From contig JAYGDX010000279.1 in NCBI GenBank assembly GCA_046582655.1, positions 1-64,000 of the forward strand: a DNA stretch of 64,000 bases, written 5' to 3'. This DNA is from Candidatus Poribacteria bacterium (lineage in GTDB: Bacteria; Poribacteria; WGA-4E; UBA9662). Positions 31,675 through 42,994 of this stretch are shown here, in pieces; the first letter of the stretch is position 1; every line of letters starts with the position of its first letter. The notes under the pieces were generated by a model. That model saw only the letters and a program-made list of their open reading frames with translations. It was not told the origin of the DNA and did not search any database. The translations under genes were made by a program, and so were the position numbers.

Positions 31675-32619
31675 CTAAGCTGTATTTTCGGTGCGGAAAT
31701 ACAAATAAAAAGCGCCGGCTGAAAAAGCCGTCAGGATATGCCATGCGGCGTGTGCTTGTACTAGGATTGTAGGGTTGCACCACGCATGCCTTCGATCTCC
31801 GATATGCCATATAATGAAGGCTACAACAAAAAACGTATTGCCAACCCAAAACCAAGGCAGATATCTTCTCTTGATGTCTCGGTTGTTCCAGGAGATGGGA
31901 ATGGCCGCTAGGCAAACCCATAAAATAAGAGTGTAACTTGGCCCTCTTAATGAAATGTCAAGCAAGGCGGGAATTAGCATGTAAAATCGAGGTGAATTGG
32001 GGAAGCAGATTGCCAGTTCAGTCACAATCCAGAATCCGATAAAGGTTCCAAAAAAGTCGTGGCGGAACCCAAGATCGAGGAAAGTTGTCATGGCCATGTT
32101 AGTAGCGATTGCTATATTAGTGGTCAGATATACAATTGAAAATGTTTTCTTTGACCATTTAAACGCTCTGGCTAAGTTGTAGCAAACTGGAAATGTGATA
32201 TAGCATACCATGCTGACACGATCTATCCAGCCTCCCCAGTCGGTGTGGGTTGCATGCATAGCCATGCTGCCGGGACCAAGGAAGATAACGGCAATACCAT
32301 AAAACTGTGCATATAAGTCGCGCCCGATAATTGGATTATTTTCTGGCTGACTTGTCCGATTTTCATCCCTGCCGATCTGAATCAGGATCAGCAGTCCAAC
32401 GACAATAAAACCAAGATTGGAGAAGGTATTGATAGGTTCTCGGATTAACCCCGGTCGAGTCATTTCACACCATCGAGATGGTTTGCCAATTCCTCTGGTT
32501 GATTGTTCTCCCCAGCCATCTTTACCGTGGTATGCAGCAATAAAAAAAATGGAAATTAAGATAATAATGGCGATAAAAAACTCGCCATACTTAAAATGAA
32601 ATGGACGTGAATTTTGCAT
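31675..32619 (-). CDS. Alkaline ceramidase-like CREST-superfamily membrane hydrolase
   Basis: WCE…EPINTFSN, SxxxH (GSMAMH), D, HxxWH (HAAWH), ~7-8 TM segments. Confidence 0.82.
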   Translation of the reverse strand: MQNSRPFHFKYGEFFIAIIILISIFFIAAYHGKDGWGEQSTRGIGKPSRWCEMTRPGLIREPINTFSNLGFIVVGLLILIQIGRDENRTSQPENNPIIGRDLYAQFYGIAVIFLGPGSMAMHATHTDWGGWIDRVSMVCYITFPVCYNLARAFKWSKKTFSIVYLTTNIAIATNMAMTTFLDLGFRHDFFGTFIGFWIVTELAICFPNSPRFYMLIPALLDISLRGPSYTLILWVCLAAIPISWNNRDIKRRYLPWFWVGNTFFVVAFIIWHIGDRRHAWCNPTILVQAHAAWHILTAFSAGAFYLYFRTENTA

Positions 32620-32667
32620 AAGTGATGGTTATAAAACAGAGGGAATCATGTGCGTTGACTTACGTCT

Positions 32668-34320
32668 CTATCTTTCCTTACGACGTTGTTCATCTTCTTC
32701 CAAGGCAACTCGGCGCCCCTCGTTAACATCTACAAATTTTAGGATCAGAGTGCCTACTAGAATAATTGCTAGGATGGCTAAGATGCCAACTCGCCGATCA
32801 AATATCCGTGCCGTAATACCGAACAAAAGCGGTCCGATGACGGATGCGGCCTTGCCAATAAATCCAAAGAACCCGAAAAACTCCCCACTACGAGTTTCAG
32901 GCATAATGGTGGCAAATAGGCTTCGGGCAAGTGCTTGACTGCCACCCATCGCGAAGCCCACAAATATACCGAGTAATAGAAACTGTAAGCCAGAGGAAAG
33001 TCGCAGTGGTTGCCAAACATAGGTACGTAAAGTGGATGGAATAAAGTCAATCAGCCCATCTCCGATTTGGCTGGGGTGATCATTCCCTATGGTTGACCCT
33101 GCAAGTTCACCGTTCGTAATGTGGATAGAAAATCGTGATTGTGTGGTGGACTCCCTCAACAGTTGAGCTTGACTGATTGTCAAGATATCATCTGTATTCC
33201 ATTTTCCGACTTTAACTTGCCAATCTGCGTCTGCTCCTTCATTTTTAAGATTCGGAACTTTAATGGCAATGTAGCCTGTTTCTCTCCACTCTAATCGGTA
33301 ATCGTGTTCAGCCGGATCGACGGGGGGCAGTGCCGACATGCCAATGGCAAGCAGGACGACCAACATCCAGATAAACAAAGTAATGAATAATGTTGGCTTG
33401 GTTCCAATTTTTTCAGCGATTTTACTGAACATGATTGCGCTTGGCGCGCCCACGAACTGTAATATGAGTATCGTTCCCATCTGAAAAGTCAGGGAAACCC
33501 CTAATGTTATAGCTGCATAAACCCCAGCTACGGAGAGTACGGTTTGAATTCCATCGTTAAATAAAAGGAAAGCTAAAAGGTAGGTAAAAAGCACTTTGAA
33601 TTTCTGAATATCCTGTGCCGTTTGCCAAAGTTCACCGAAGGCCATCTTAATAGTTGATCCTGCACTGGGGTTACTAGCAGTATTGATGGGATTGGGTTCA
33701 GGAACCATGGTGAAGGTCAATAATCCCCAACCAAACCACCAGATACCTACCGAAGCTAGTGAGAGACGAATCACTAACGGATTGTTCCCAGATATGGTAA
33801 TAACAATGAGATGAATGAGCAACAATAACCCACCACCAACGTAGCCGTAAGCAAACCCTTTGCTGCTTACGTTATCGTATTGATCTTCGTCAACAATCGA
33901 TGGTAGAAGCGAGTTATAAAAGACATTTCCACCTGCGAATCCGATATTGGCAAGCATGTAGAGACCAAGTAACCACATCCAGTCGTATCCTGGGAGCCAA
34001 ACTGCAGCAAATAGGAAAATGGTACAAAGAGATCCGGCGAAGGCATATATTTTGAGGAACTTCATCTTTAATGATAGGTGGTCGGCTATTATACCTAATG
34101 GGGGACTTGATAAGGCGACGATTGCGGTGGCAAAGCTTACGCCAAATGCCCATAGAGATTCTCCTGACCATCCCCGCCATCCAGCTGATCCGTGGCTGGC
34201 GATGAACAAAGCGGCAAAATAAGCAGGAAGGATTGCCGTGGTAATACTTGTGGCAAAAGCAGAATTTGCCCAATCATACATGCACCAGCCAAATATTATT
34301 TTTTTATCGTTTTTTTTCAT
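32668..34320 (-). CDS. MFS transporter, UMF1/Atg22-like family, with a ~110-aa extramembrane insertion
   Basis: WCMYDWANSAF, NVFYNSLLP, GYVGGG, GGSQALARS…FFGF. Confidence 0.88.
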   Translation of the reverse strand: MKKNDKKIIFGWCMYDWANSAFATSITTAILPAYFAALFIASHGSAGWRGWSGESLWAFGVSFATAIVALSSPPLGIIADHLSLKMKFLKIYAFAGSLCTIFLFAAVWLPGYDWMWLLGLYMLANIGFAGGNVFYNSLLPSIVDEDQYDNVSSKGFAYGYVGGGLLLLIHLIVITISGNNPLVIRLSLASVGIWWFGWGLLTFTMVPEPNPINTASNPSAGSTIKMAFGELWQTAQDIQKFKVLFTYLLAFLLFNDGIQTVLSVAGVYAAITLGVSLTFQMGTILILQFVGAPSAIMFSKIAEKIGTKPTLFITLFIWMLVVLLAIGMSALPPVDPAEHDYRLEWRETGYIAIKVPNLKNEGADADWQVKVGKWNTDDILTISQAQLLRESTTQSRFSIHITNGELAGSTIGNDHPSQIGDGLIDFIPSTLRTYVWQPLRLSSGLQFLLLGIFVGFAMGGSQALARSLFATIMPETRSGEFFGFFGFIGKAASVIGPLLFGITARIFDRRVGILAILAIILVGTLILKFVDVNEGRRVALEEDEQRRKER

Positions 34321-34611
34321 TAGTTGCCTCTCGTCTTACCTGAAAAATTATTTTCTATTTAGTCAAACGACAAGTATTATCATACATGAATTCTTTATAA
34401 CTGTAGGTTTGTTCATAGTAAAAGATTCAATTGATTGTCTGCCTGCTTCTGGTAATTTTGGTTTGACGTGTTCTTCGTTTAATGAAGCAAAATCGTTGCC
34501 CTTAACCTTTATACTATTATACATACATGTGTCCAGATGGATGTGAGCGAAGCAATTCCAGACTTTATGTTTCAGGTTGTGTCGTGTTTATGACATAGAT
34601 CAGGTAGATTA

Positions 34612-36987
34612 CTAGCCCGCGTTCAAGTGGTACGTTTCGCCCGCAATGGTATCGAATTCTATGAGCAGCGGTTCAACGACTTTTGTCTCAACGCGATTGC
34701 CACTGACATCCACTTGTTGCACAGGTAATCTCGTTCGGATTATACATGGGTTTCCCAAGCAGGAGTGAATCATGGCTTGGGAGAGCTGACCATTTGTCCA
34801 GTTGATGTTTACTTCAAACCCACCACGGGCTTTTAAACCTGTAACATGACCGGTCGGCCAAGCTGATGGCAGCGCGGGTAGCAGGCTGAGTTCTCCCGCA
34901 TGACTTTGTAAAAGCATTTCAGCTATACCTGCCGTACCACCGAAATTTCCGTCAATTTGGAATGGAGGGTGATCGTCAAACAAATTGGTCAAGGTAGAGT
35001 TTGCCAATAATGCCTGAATGTTCTCGTGCGCTTTATTACCATCCTCAAGACGTGCCCAGAAGTTAATGATCCAAGCTCGGCTCCAGCCTGTATGACCACC
35101 GTCGTTTGCTAAACGCCTTTCAAGTGAGGCACGGGCAGCTCTTGCTAGTTCGGGGGTGCCGCGGAGTGAGATTTGTTTGCCGGGATGTAAGGCGAACAGA
35201 TGCGACATATGTCGGTGCCCAGGTTCCGGTTCATCGTAGTCCTCCAGCCATTCCTGCAGTTGACCGTGCTTTCCAATCTGTAATGGTGCTAGCCGAGCGC
35301 GATAATCTTCCAGTTTTAAACGGAACTCATTATCCTTATTCAATATATGACAAGCTTCAATGCAGTGAGAGAATAGATCCCAGAGAATTTGCATATCCAT
35401 CGATGGTCCCATACAGATGTTAGCGACTTGACCATCACTGGTGCGAAAACTGTTTTCTGGCGAATTGGATGGACTGGTGACTAACCAACCGTGTACTGGT
35501 TCCTCTACCAGAAAATCAAGATAGAATTCGACTGACTCTTTAATAATAGGATATGCCCAAGCTAGGAAATCGCGGTCACCATTAAAATGATAGTGTTCCC
35601 AGAGATGCTGGCAGAGCCATGCCCCGGCAGCTGTGAATTGTCCCCAGGAAGGATGTTCGCCTGGAGAAGTAAATCCCCAGATATTTGAAATGGTATGTAC
35701 TACCCAACCTGAAGCACCGTAATGGGCTTGCGCTGTCCTTCTGCCTGGTTCACGGAGCGAATCGATGAACTTCAGAAAAGGTTGATGACATTCTGCCAAG
35801 TTACAAACTTCTGCTGGCCAGTAGTTCATCTGGTCATTGATATTGTGGTGGTAATCGCTGTTCCATGGGGCTTTAAAATCGTCACACCAAATACCTTGCA
35901 GATTAGCTGGAAGTGTCCCCGGTCGAGAACTGGAAATTAAGAGATAGCGACCAAACTGGAAATACAAGGACATCAGATGAGGATCGTCCTGACCCTCCTT
36001 AATAATTTTCAGTCTTTCATCTGTCGGTAGATTGGCAATTTCGGTGGAACCAAGATCAATAGAGACACGGCGGAAGAACTTCTGGTAGTCGTTGACATGG
36101 GCTTCGCGAAGTTCAGAGTAACGTTTTTTTGATGCTTGTTCCAGATATGTTGTGCAAAGTGTTTGTGGATCTTTTTCCCAGTAATCGGTTGCTGCCGCCA
36201 GTAACAAGGTAACAGTGTCTGCCTGTTGGACTGAAAGTCCTTGATCTATAAGTTTGACTTTACCACCTTCGTTTATGATCTGTAGACCGGCCTGAAACGC
36301 CATTCCACTGTTTTTCCAAGCTTGTCCGCTAAGTATGAGACAATGATCAGAAATGGCAGTAGCTTCAATGAATTCTTCCTGCTTTTGGTCTGGTAAGGAG
36401 ACAATAGTACCGGAATTACTCTTCCATTGCCCTGTGCCTCTTGACAATCGAACATCAAAAGAGATTTTACCTGGATTGTTGCAGGTTAGATGTACTACTA
36501 GAACTTGATCTGGCCAACTGGACAGTATTTCACGTTTAAACTGATCATTCCCGATATGATACCTTACACTAGCAATTGCTGTTTCTAGATTCAGGTCTCG
36601 GTAATAATCGGTTGGTGGAGACGTGTGGCCGGCGAAAGCAAGCTGGATATCTCCGAGTGTTTGGTAAGAACCGTAAGTTTCATCAGCGGATCCACCTCCC
36701 TGGCAAACCATCGTTTTAAATGCCAGATTCTGAGCTTCGGTAAATTTGCCAGCCGATAAAAGATCGCGTGCGTTATCAAGGTTACAAAACGCTTCAGGAT
36801 TATCTGCGTCTTGTGGGCCACCTGACCAGAGACTATCTTCGTTGAGTTGAATACGTTCATGTTTTACCTCGCCAAATACCATTCCTCCCAACCTACCATT
36901 GCCAATAGGGATCGCTTCAGTCCATATTTGTGCCGGTTGCCGATAATGCAAGATCAACCTCTTTTTTGTGAAGTTTGTCTCTGTCAT
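34612..36987 (-). CDS. Glycoside hydrolase family 95 (alpha-L-fucosidase)
   Basis: [59 protein letters not shown] 36987 preferred. Confidence 0.95.
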   Translation of the reverse strand: MTETNFTKKRLILHYRQPAQIWTEAIPIGNGRLGGMVFGEVKHERIQLNEDSLWSGGPQDADNPEAFCNLDNARDLLSAGKFTEAQNLAFKTMVCQGGGSADETYGSYQTLGDIQLAFAGHTSPPTDYYRDLNLETAIASVRYHIGNDQFKREILSSWPDQVLVVHLTCNNPGKISFDVRLSRGTGQWKSNSGTIVSLPDQKQEEFIEATAISDHCLILSGQAWKNSGMAFQAGLQIINEGGKVKLIDQGLSVQQADTVTLLLAAATDYWEKDPQTLCTTYLEQASKKRYSELREAHVNDYQKFFRRVSIDLGSTEIANLPTDERLKIIKEGQDDPHLMSLYFQFGRYLLISSSRPGTLPANLQGIWCDDFKAPWNSDYHHNINDQMNYWPAEVCNLAECHQPFLKFIDSLREPGRRTAQAHYGASGWVVHTISNIWGFTSPGEHPSWGQFTAAGAWLCQHLWEHYHFNGDRDFLAWAYPIIKESVEFYLDFLVEEPVHGWLVTSPSNSPENSFRTSDGQVANICMGPSMDMQILWDLFSHCIEACHILNKDNEFRLKLEDYRARLAPLQIGKHGQLQEWLEDYDEPEPGHRHMSHLFALHPGKQISLRGTPELARAARASLERRLANDGGHTGWSRAWIINFWARLEDGNKAHENIQALLANSTLTNLFDDHPPFQIDGNFGGTAGIAEMLLQSHAGELSLLPALPSAWPTGHVTGLKARGGFEVNINWTNGQLSQAMIHSCLGNPCIIRTRLPVQQVDVSGNRVETKVVEPLLIEFDTIAGETYHLNAG

Positions 36988-37086
36988 GTTGTTGGTCCTT
37001 ATTGTTTTGTATTCCAAGGGGTTGTTATTATTAGTCCCTCTTTGGCTATATGATTATGATTTTTCTCTTTGATGAGCAATGGGTTG

Positions 37087-37674
37087 TTAGGCATAGATTC
37101 TTTTTAGAATTGAGTCACCTAACTCGGATCGAATCATGTCGGTCTGATCTGGCAATACAGGTAATTTTAACTTCTTAAATAGGTTATCCCACCGTTTTGA
37201 ATGATCTGTGTCTACAAAAAGCGGCACAAAACTGAGATTCAAGTATGTTTTTACAGCTGGTATTCGAAAATCATCCGTTTCTAAGATAACACACTTAAAA
37301 CTGTGATCACAAAAATAATGCATTACAGCTAAGGAAACCCATTTGCCGAGACGGCGACCGGAATGATCTGGCTTAACACCCACCATGTGAAGATAACCAA
37401 TTTCTGTTTCATTTGTATCCCTTTTCCATGCGCAGGCTGTGCCGATGGGTTGATCGTCCTGCGTGATGAAAAATAATCCATCAGGAGAAAATTGAGGACA
37501 ATCGATGATCTGGCTGTATGTGTCTTTAACAGTACGATTACCACCGAACGAAGAGTTGATTATCTCCGCCCAATGTGCATCATCTCCTTCTTGATAGGTT
37601 CGTAGCTTATAATTGTCAGGAATTTCAATAATTGGCAGACTTGCTAGATTGAGACGAAGCATTCTAAGTTGCAT
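37087..37674 (-). CDS. GNAT family N-acetyltransferase
   Basis: VGVKPDHSGRRLGK, LETDDFRIPAVKTYLNLSF. Confidence 0.88.
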   Translation of the reverse strand: MQLRMLRLNLASLPIIEIPDNYKLRTYQEGDDAHWAEIINSSFGGNRTVKDTYSQIIDCPQFSPDGLFFITQDDQPIGTACAWKRDTNETEIGYLHMVGVKPDHSGRRLGKWVSLAVMHYFCDHSFKCVILETDDFRIPAVKTYLNLSFVPLFVDTDHSKRWDNLFKKLKLPVLPDQTDMIRSELGDSILKRIYA

Positions 37675-37857
37675 ATTGTATCTCTTTGTATTATTGAGGA
37701 TTTTGTCTGATGTTTGCGACGAATACTTATGTAACCAAATTTCTCAATTTAGGATAAAACACCCTCTTTTCAAAATAGTTAAGAATATGATATAATATTG
37801 AAATAGTGGTAAAGAAGACAACTCATTATATTTTTAATTAGGTGGCGGTATTCTACT

Positions 37858-38382
37858 ATGCCAATTGAAATGTCGATTCAACAAGCCGCTGAATATTTTA
37901 ATGTTAGTGCTCAGACGGTTCGTCGTAGGCTTAACACAGGCCAATTGTTAGGCAAAAAAGTCAAAGGCCGTTGGGTTATAAAAGTTGATACCTCGGTTCC
38001 TCCTCTAGATGAAAGGGAACAAGGCAGAGAAGATTCCGCACAGGATATTGATGAAGTGAGTACTGATTCCATTTTAAAATTACAGCAAGAGATTCAGCGA
38101 CTAATTGTACAGTTTCAGAATGAGAAAACAAGACTTATTAACCAACAGAAGCAGGAGGGGGAGGAAAATGCAAAATTTATTGCCCAAGTTGAAGCCGAAA
38201 ATAAGGGTTTGCGTGGCCAACTAGAGAGGACAGAAATTGCGCAAACCAGATTCGAGGCAGTCGTCTTAGAGTTGAAGGAACAAATCGATCAAGTAAAACT
38301 TAAACTGGATTATATTAGTCCTGATAAGATGACCTCGCGACAGCAGAAACAGATCTTGAAATCGAATATTTTTAAAATTTAG
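37858..38382 (+). CDS. Helix-turn-helix (excisionase/MerR-like) protein with C-terminal coiled coil
   Basis: SIQQAAEYFNVSAQTVRRRL…GKKVKGRWVI followed by heptad-rich helix. Confidence 0.8.
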   Translation: MPIEMSIQQAAEYFNVSAQTVRRRLNTGQLLGKKVKGRWVIKVDTSVPPLDEREQGREDSAQDIDEVSTDSILKLQQEIQRLIVQFQNEKTRLINQQKQEGEENAKFIAQVEAENKGLRGQLERTEIAQTRFEAVVLELKEQIDQVKLKLDYISPDKMTSRQQKQILKSNIFKI

Positions 38383-38890
38383 GAGAGCATTTCATTGCAT
38401 GATACTCTAAGTCGAATTCTGATTTTTCATTTATGGAGTCTACTACCTCTTCTTGTAGAATATAAATTCCATTTTTTGTATTGTTCCTGCCGCACAGTCT
38501 GAAACTAATGCTCCCTATATCCTAATTAGATTTGCCATGCTGCTGTAAACATATGGCAAAATCATCATCTTTTTTTAATATATTAATTAGGTTTCCTCCA
38601 GTTTGAACTTCCTAATCAACCATCCAATACAGGATTATATCTATTATTAAGATAATATCTCTTCAGCATTTTTCGTCAGATTTCTTGCTGTTAAGTATAT
38701 TGTTTAAACCGGTTAAACAGATTAAGTTGAATCTTATGTGGTAATTATTAGCTTAGTTGATAATTTAAGATATAATTAGGATTCGGTACACTTGAGTTTG
38801 CCAACGCCATTCTTAACATATTATTATAACCATATACAGATACATGATTATAGTTGTATAACTAACTGCGATTAGGTTCAGGAGACAAAA

Positions 38891-39820
38891 ATGTTATACC
38901 GTGAATTTGGTAGAACTGGATGGGAAATTTCAGCGATTGGTCTTGGAACTTGGAATATCGGTAACCAGTGGGGAGAAATGGAAGATTCTACCGCGCACGA
39001 TATTGTTAAAACAGCATTTGATCATGGAATGAACCTGTTTGATGCTGCCGAATCTTATGGGATTCCCAACGGACTCAGTGAAATCAGACTTGGTCAGGCA
39101 CTCAAAGGAATTCGGGATCAAGTCCATATAGTTAGCAAGGTAGGAAATTGGGGGAAAAGAACTGGGCAAGGCGTTCCTAAAACGACGGTAGATATGATTC
39201 GGGTTTGTGGACACGCATGCCTTGGACGATTACGAACCGACTGGATTGATGTCTTGTTATGTCATGAAGGTGATATTCAAGACCCTTCTGTATATATTGC
39301 TGGATTTGAAGCTCTCCGGGAAGAAGGATTCATCCGTGAATATGGTATTTCGACAAATGACCTTCAGGTTCTGAAGAATTTCCACTCAACCTCGGACGGA
39401 AAATGTGCCGTTGTTGAAGTAGACTATTCGTTGATCAACCGTTCTGCGGAGGAAGGATTCCTGCCATTCTGTCAGGAAAATCAAATTGGGATTCTGATTC
39501 GGGGACCTGTGGCAATGGGAATCTTAGCCGATAAATATGATGCCGATACCGTGTTTATGGATGCAGTACGTCATAAATGGAATCAGGGTGAGTCGGCTCG
39601 GGCGGAATATGAAGAGAAGTTGGCTAGACTGGATCGAGTAAAGACCATTGCTAATCCTGATCGAGATTTAGTGACAACGGGTCTTCGATACGTAATTTCT
39701 CACTCCGCCGAACCTGTTGCTATTCCGGGAGCAACATCAGTTAACCAGGTTAGGATAAACGCAGAAGCGGGTGTTTCTCTATTGCTTGATGATGAGTTGA
39801 ATCGATTGAAAGTACTGTAA
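38891..39820 (+). CDS. Aldo/keto reductase
   Basis: IGLGTW, FDAAESYG, SKVG, RLRTDWID, IPGATS. Confidence 0.93.
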   Translation: MLYREFGRTGWEISAIGLGTWNIGNQWGEMEDSTAHDIVKTAFDHGMNLFDAAESYGIPNGLSEIRLGQALKGIRDQVHIVSKVGNWGKRTGQGVPKTTVDMIRVCGHACLGRLRTDWIDVLLCHEGDIQDPSVYIAGFEALREEGFIREYGISTNDLQVLKNFHSTSDGKCAVVEVDYSLINRSAEEGFLPFCQENQIGILIRGPVAMGILADKYDADTVFMDAVRHKWNQGESARAEYEEKLARLDRVKTIANPDRDLVTTGLRYVISHSAEPVAIPGATSVNQVRINAEAGVSLLLDDELNRLKVL

Positions 39821-39995
39821 GTAGGTGATGATTCTTTCTTCAGCAGCACCTATTCGTTAATTTCACATCGTGCTAAACTCCGATTGCTTTGATTAGGCTG
39901 TATTCCTCAACTGATATCGGATTATCCCATGAAACAATAGCGTTATAATATTTGCCGGATTTCACCAAATCTAACTCAAGTTTACCAAGAAGTCG

Positions 39996-40331
39996 CTATT
40001 CCAGCTCTTTCTTGATATGGTTTTCGACCTCTTCCGTGTCGATTGATTCATGACTATATGTGTGCACGATCAAATTTACTCCGGCCTCGTACATTCGGTG
40101 TTGACTTAAATCTGGTGTCCCTTTCTCAGCTATATATTTTTCTTTGTGGTCGCCTTTCAATACCTCAAGGTTAACACCAGTTTCCAGAAGTTGATCGTCA
40201 TTTCTTTCTATATAATTCATTAAATATTGCTTGATTAAATCACGGTTTTTCTCGAAATTATCAAGTAGACATTCGGCAACAAGTTCTGTTCCTGTTTCCG
40301 AATCAGCAGTCTGATGATTCTCATCGTTCAT
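39996..40331 (-). CDS. Hypothetical acidic protein
   Basis: 111-aa ORF with AAGGA SD; no recognised motif. Confidence 0.55.
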   Translation of the reverse strand: MNDENHQTADSETGTELVAECLLDNFEKNRDLIKQYLMNYIERNDDQLLETGVNLEVLKGDHKEKYIAEKGTPDLSQHRMYEAGVNLIVHTYSHESIDTEEVENHIKKELE

Positions 40332-40749
40332 ATTAAACTTTCCTTGGTCACCATAGCACGGTTACTAGAACTTCTCTGGTAAAATTAACCTGAATTCAAA
40401 AATCTGATTATATTACGAACTTCCCCTGCTGGATCGTGAATAAGCTTCCATCAAAAATTCATGCTATCTATAGTTGTGTCTATTTTTACTGTAATCGTTA
40501 GGTGTCAAAAGTGTCAAATTCTGGGGGTAGGTGTGTAACGTTGTATCAAACGTATACGGCGCGATATTGTTTCTAGAATCTATTGTCAGTGGGAGCCGTT
40601 TATGTTGGTTTGACTTGAAATGGTGGGAGCTAATTCATGATGGTACAAAGGACAAATTGTGTCTGATGTGCATTCATAGAATGGGTTATACTATTAATCG
40701 AATATCATTAATGGGATCTGGCAGGAAATTCCACTGCTAAGGAAAAAGG

Positions 40750-41825
40750 ATGAAAATTACTAAGATTGAACAGATGCGCGTAGATATTCCCTATTTGGAA
40801 AGGATCCGTCAGCATTTACAAAAGGGCCGGAATCTTGGGAATCGGGCGACAGATGAAGATTTTTAGGCTAATTAGGGCAAATATCTCAAGCAGTGGCATG
40901 CGTCTGAACCACCCACTGTCCGGACATCCATTTACCGGGTACAGACTAACGAAGGGTTAATCGGCATTGGTGAAGGGGCCGATATTCCTGAGTCGCAATT
41001 GGTTAGCTATTTGGGGAAAAGTCCTTTCGAGTTTATAATGAATGATCAGGTTGGACACTTCAAATCGCTTTTTACGATTTAATGGGACAGGCTGTTGGAT
41101 TGCCAATTGCACAGATGCTAGGTCCATCACAGTCGGAGGTTCCCATTGCTTATTGGTCACATTCTTTCCCGCCGAAGATTATGCGACAGGAAACAGAGAT
41201 AGCGATTGAAAGTGGGTTTAAGGCACACAAATTTAAAAGGAGAGCACACACGGATGTTATTGATCAGGTCGAATGCATATTCGAAGTCTGTCCTGAAGAC
41301 TATGAGATAACAATTGATGCTAACTGCACTTTTGGAATTCCTGAACGAGTTATCGAAATTGGTAGACAACTGCAAAAATACCCGCAGGTAAAGTGCTTGG
41401 AATCACCGATTGATCAGGAAGATGTCGATGGCTATCGTCAACTGAAGGATTCCCTTGGTTATCCGTTGGTAATCCATTTTGGATCTTCTCATCCAACAAT
41501 TTCGTTATCGACAGATACTTATGACTATTACGTCTTGGGTAGCTGGGCGCCTAGTATCATGCGATACGCCAATATTATATCTTCTGCCAATAAGCCGTTT
41601 TGGATGTAGATGGGGTTTACGGGGATATCGGCCGTCTTTATGGCGCATTTGGCCGCTGCAATTCCCAATGCTTCGCTGGCTCATGTTTCGCTTTTCAGAC
41701 TTCTGGAACATTCGCTTCTTGCAGAGCCATTGCAGATTTCTAAAGGGAAAGCAAAAGTGCCATCGAAACCGGGGTTCGGTATCGAAATCGATATGGATGC
41801 GATTGACAAATATCGAGTTGCCTAA
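40750..41825 (+). pseudogene. Mandelate racemase/muconate lactonizing (enolase superfamily) pseudogene
   Basis: MKITKIE…TNEGLIGIGE…AFYDLMGQ…KFK…DAN…ESP…PGFGIEID; in-frame TAG at 40864, 40873 and 41607; 1-nt deletion near 41056. Confidence 0.88.
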
Positions 41826-41850
41826 ATTCTCTAGATCTATCGAAAAAATC

Positions 41851-42912
41851 ATGAAGAAGGATGAGGTATCACGTCAGTTCAGTCAACCACAATATAACGA
41901 TCTCGGTGCTGATGAAGTCATTGAACCAATTTTTCCGCTGGGTATTGTACCAACGATGGAAGCTTGGAAGGAAGAGCGTACCGCCCTTCTCCGTCGCTGG
42001 AAGGCGGTTTTGGGAACTCCGGCTTTTGATAGTTTTGACCGGACACAGGAAGCCGTTGAGATTTTCGAACGACCAACCTATACGGGAACTATCTTCAAAC
42101 AGGCTACGGGGCCAGATACGCTTCAAACGCTGTTGTTGATGGAGCCGAAGCTGGTCACATTATCACCGCGCTCGGGTATAGTGGTTCCATTCTACGATCC
42201 AGATCGAATGGCGGGATTAGATCTAAAAACCCATCAACCTATCGCTGAAACGTCCAGTATCCGGTTTGGGTATCATTTGGTTCAACAAGGATATGTTGTG
42301 GTTTGTACTGAAGCTTTTCCCTATAACACGGTTCCTGAACCGGAACATAATTTAGGTTTTGCTTGGTGGGAGCAGGCAACCGAAAAGCTGTTGACGGAAA
42401 ATCCAAATTGGACTGGAATCGCCAAGTTGGCGTGGGATACGAGTCTCGCCATTGATCTGCTTTTAGATCAACCTGACATAGATCTAGGGCGGATTGGTGT
42501 GATGGGACACTCACTCGGAGGGAAAATGGCTTTCTACACCGGTGTTTTTGACCAACGCGTCAAGGTCATTGTCGGATCGGATTTCGGTTTGGGATTCAAT
42601 TTTACCAATTGGAATGCGCCTTGGTATCTGGGCAATCAGGTACTCTCACCAGGTTTTACTCTTGCGCACCATCACCTTCTTGCCTTGTGTGCGCCTCGGT
42701 CTTTTTTCTTAGTCGGTGGGAAAACGGATCGGCCAGCCAGCTGGCAATACATTGCGGAAGCTCGGAAAATCTATCAACTCTATGATAGCAGCGAGTCCAT
42801 CGGTTTCGTCGATCATGCTGCCGGGCACTGGCCAACCGAAGAATCATTACGCATCGCTTATCAGTGGCTGGCAGAGCAATTCAATCTAATTCCACAACCT
42901 TGGATGCTCTAG
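41851..42912 (+). CDS. Alpha/beta hydrolase (dienelactone hydrolase/CE15-like)
   Basis: GHSLGGK nucleophile elbow, LCAPRSF, GHWP; ATG 41851 preferred over the track start, which overlaps the pseudogene. Confidence 0.85.
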   Translation: MKKDEVSRQFSQPQYNDLGADEVIEPIFPLGIVPTMEAWKEERTALLRRWKAVLGTPAFDSFDRTQEAVEIFERPTYTGTIFKQATGPDTLQTLLLMEPKLVTLSPRSGIVVPFYDPDRMAGLDLKTHQPIAETSSIRFGYHLVQQGYVVVCTEAFPYNTVPEPEHNLGFAWWEQATEKLLTENPNWTGIAKLAWDTSLAIDLLLDQPDIDLGRIGVMGHSLGGKMAFYTGVFDQRVKVIVGSDFGLGFNFTNWNAPWYLGNQVLSPGFTLAHHHLLALCAPRSFFLVGGKTDRPASWQYIAEARKIYQLYDSSESIGFVDHAAGHWPTEESLRIAYQWLAEQFNLIPQPWML

Positions 42913-42994
42913 GCGAGTATCATATTTTGCTACAGTTTTTAGCGGGGAAACTAACTGGGGGAATTGTATTTTTCACTTAACCAAATCAAGCCGA

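Noticed and set aside
38372..38623. Minus-strand degenerate ORF with two in-frame TAG codons
   Set aside because: No recognisable motif; could be chance in AT-rich DNA
40750..41825. Amber (TAG) recoding or pyrrolysine readthrough
   Set aside because: The same gene also has a frameshift, and intact genes such as xylA end at TAG at the expected C-terminus
41479..41850. N-terminal extension of the hydrolase ORF in the track
   Set aside because: Overlaps the enolase pseudogene in another frame; real start is likely ATG 41851
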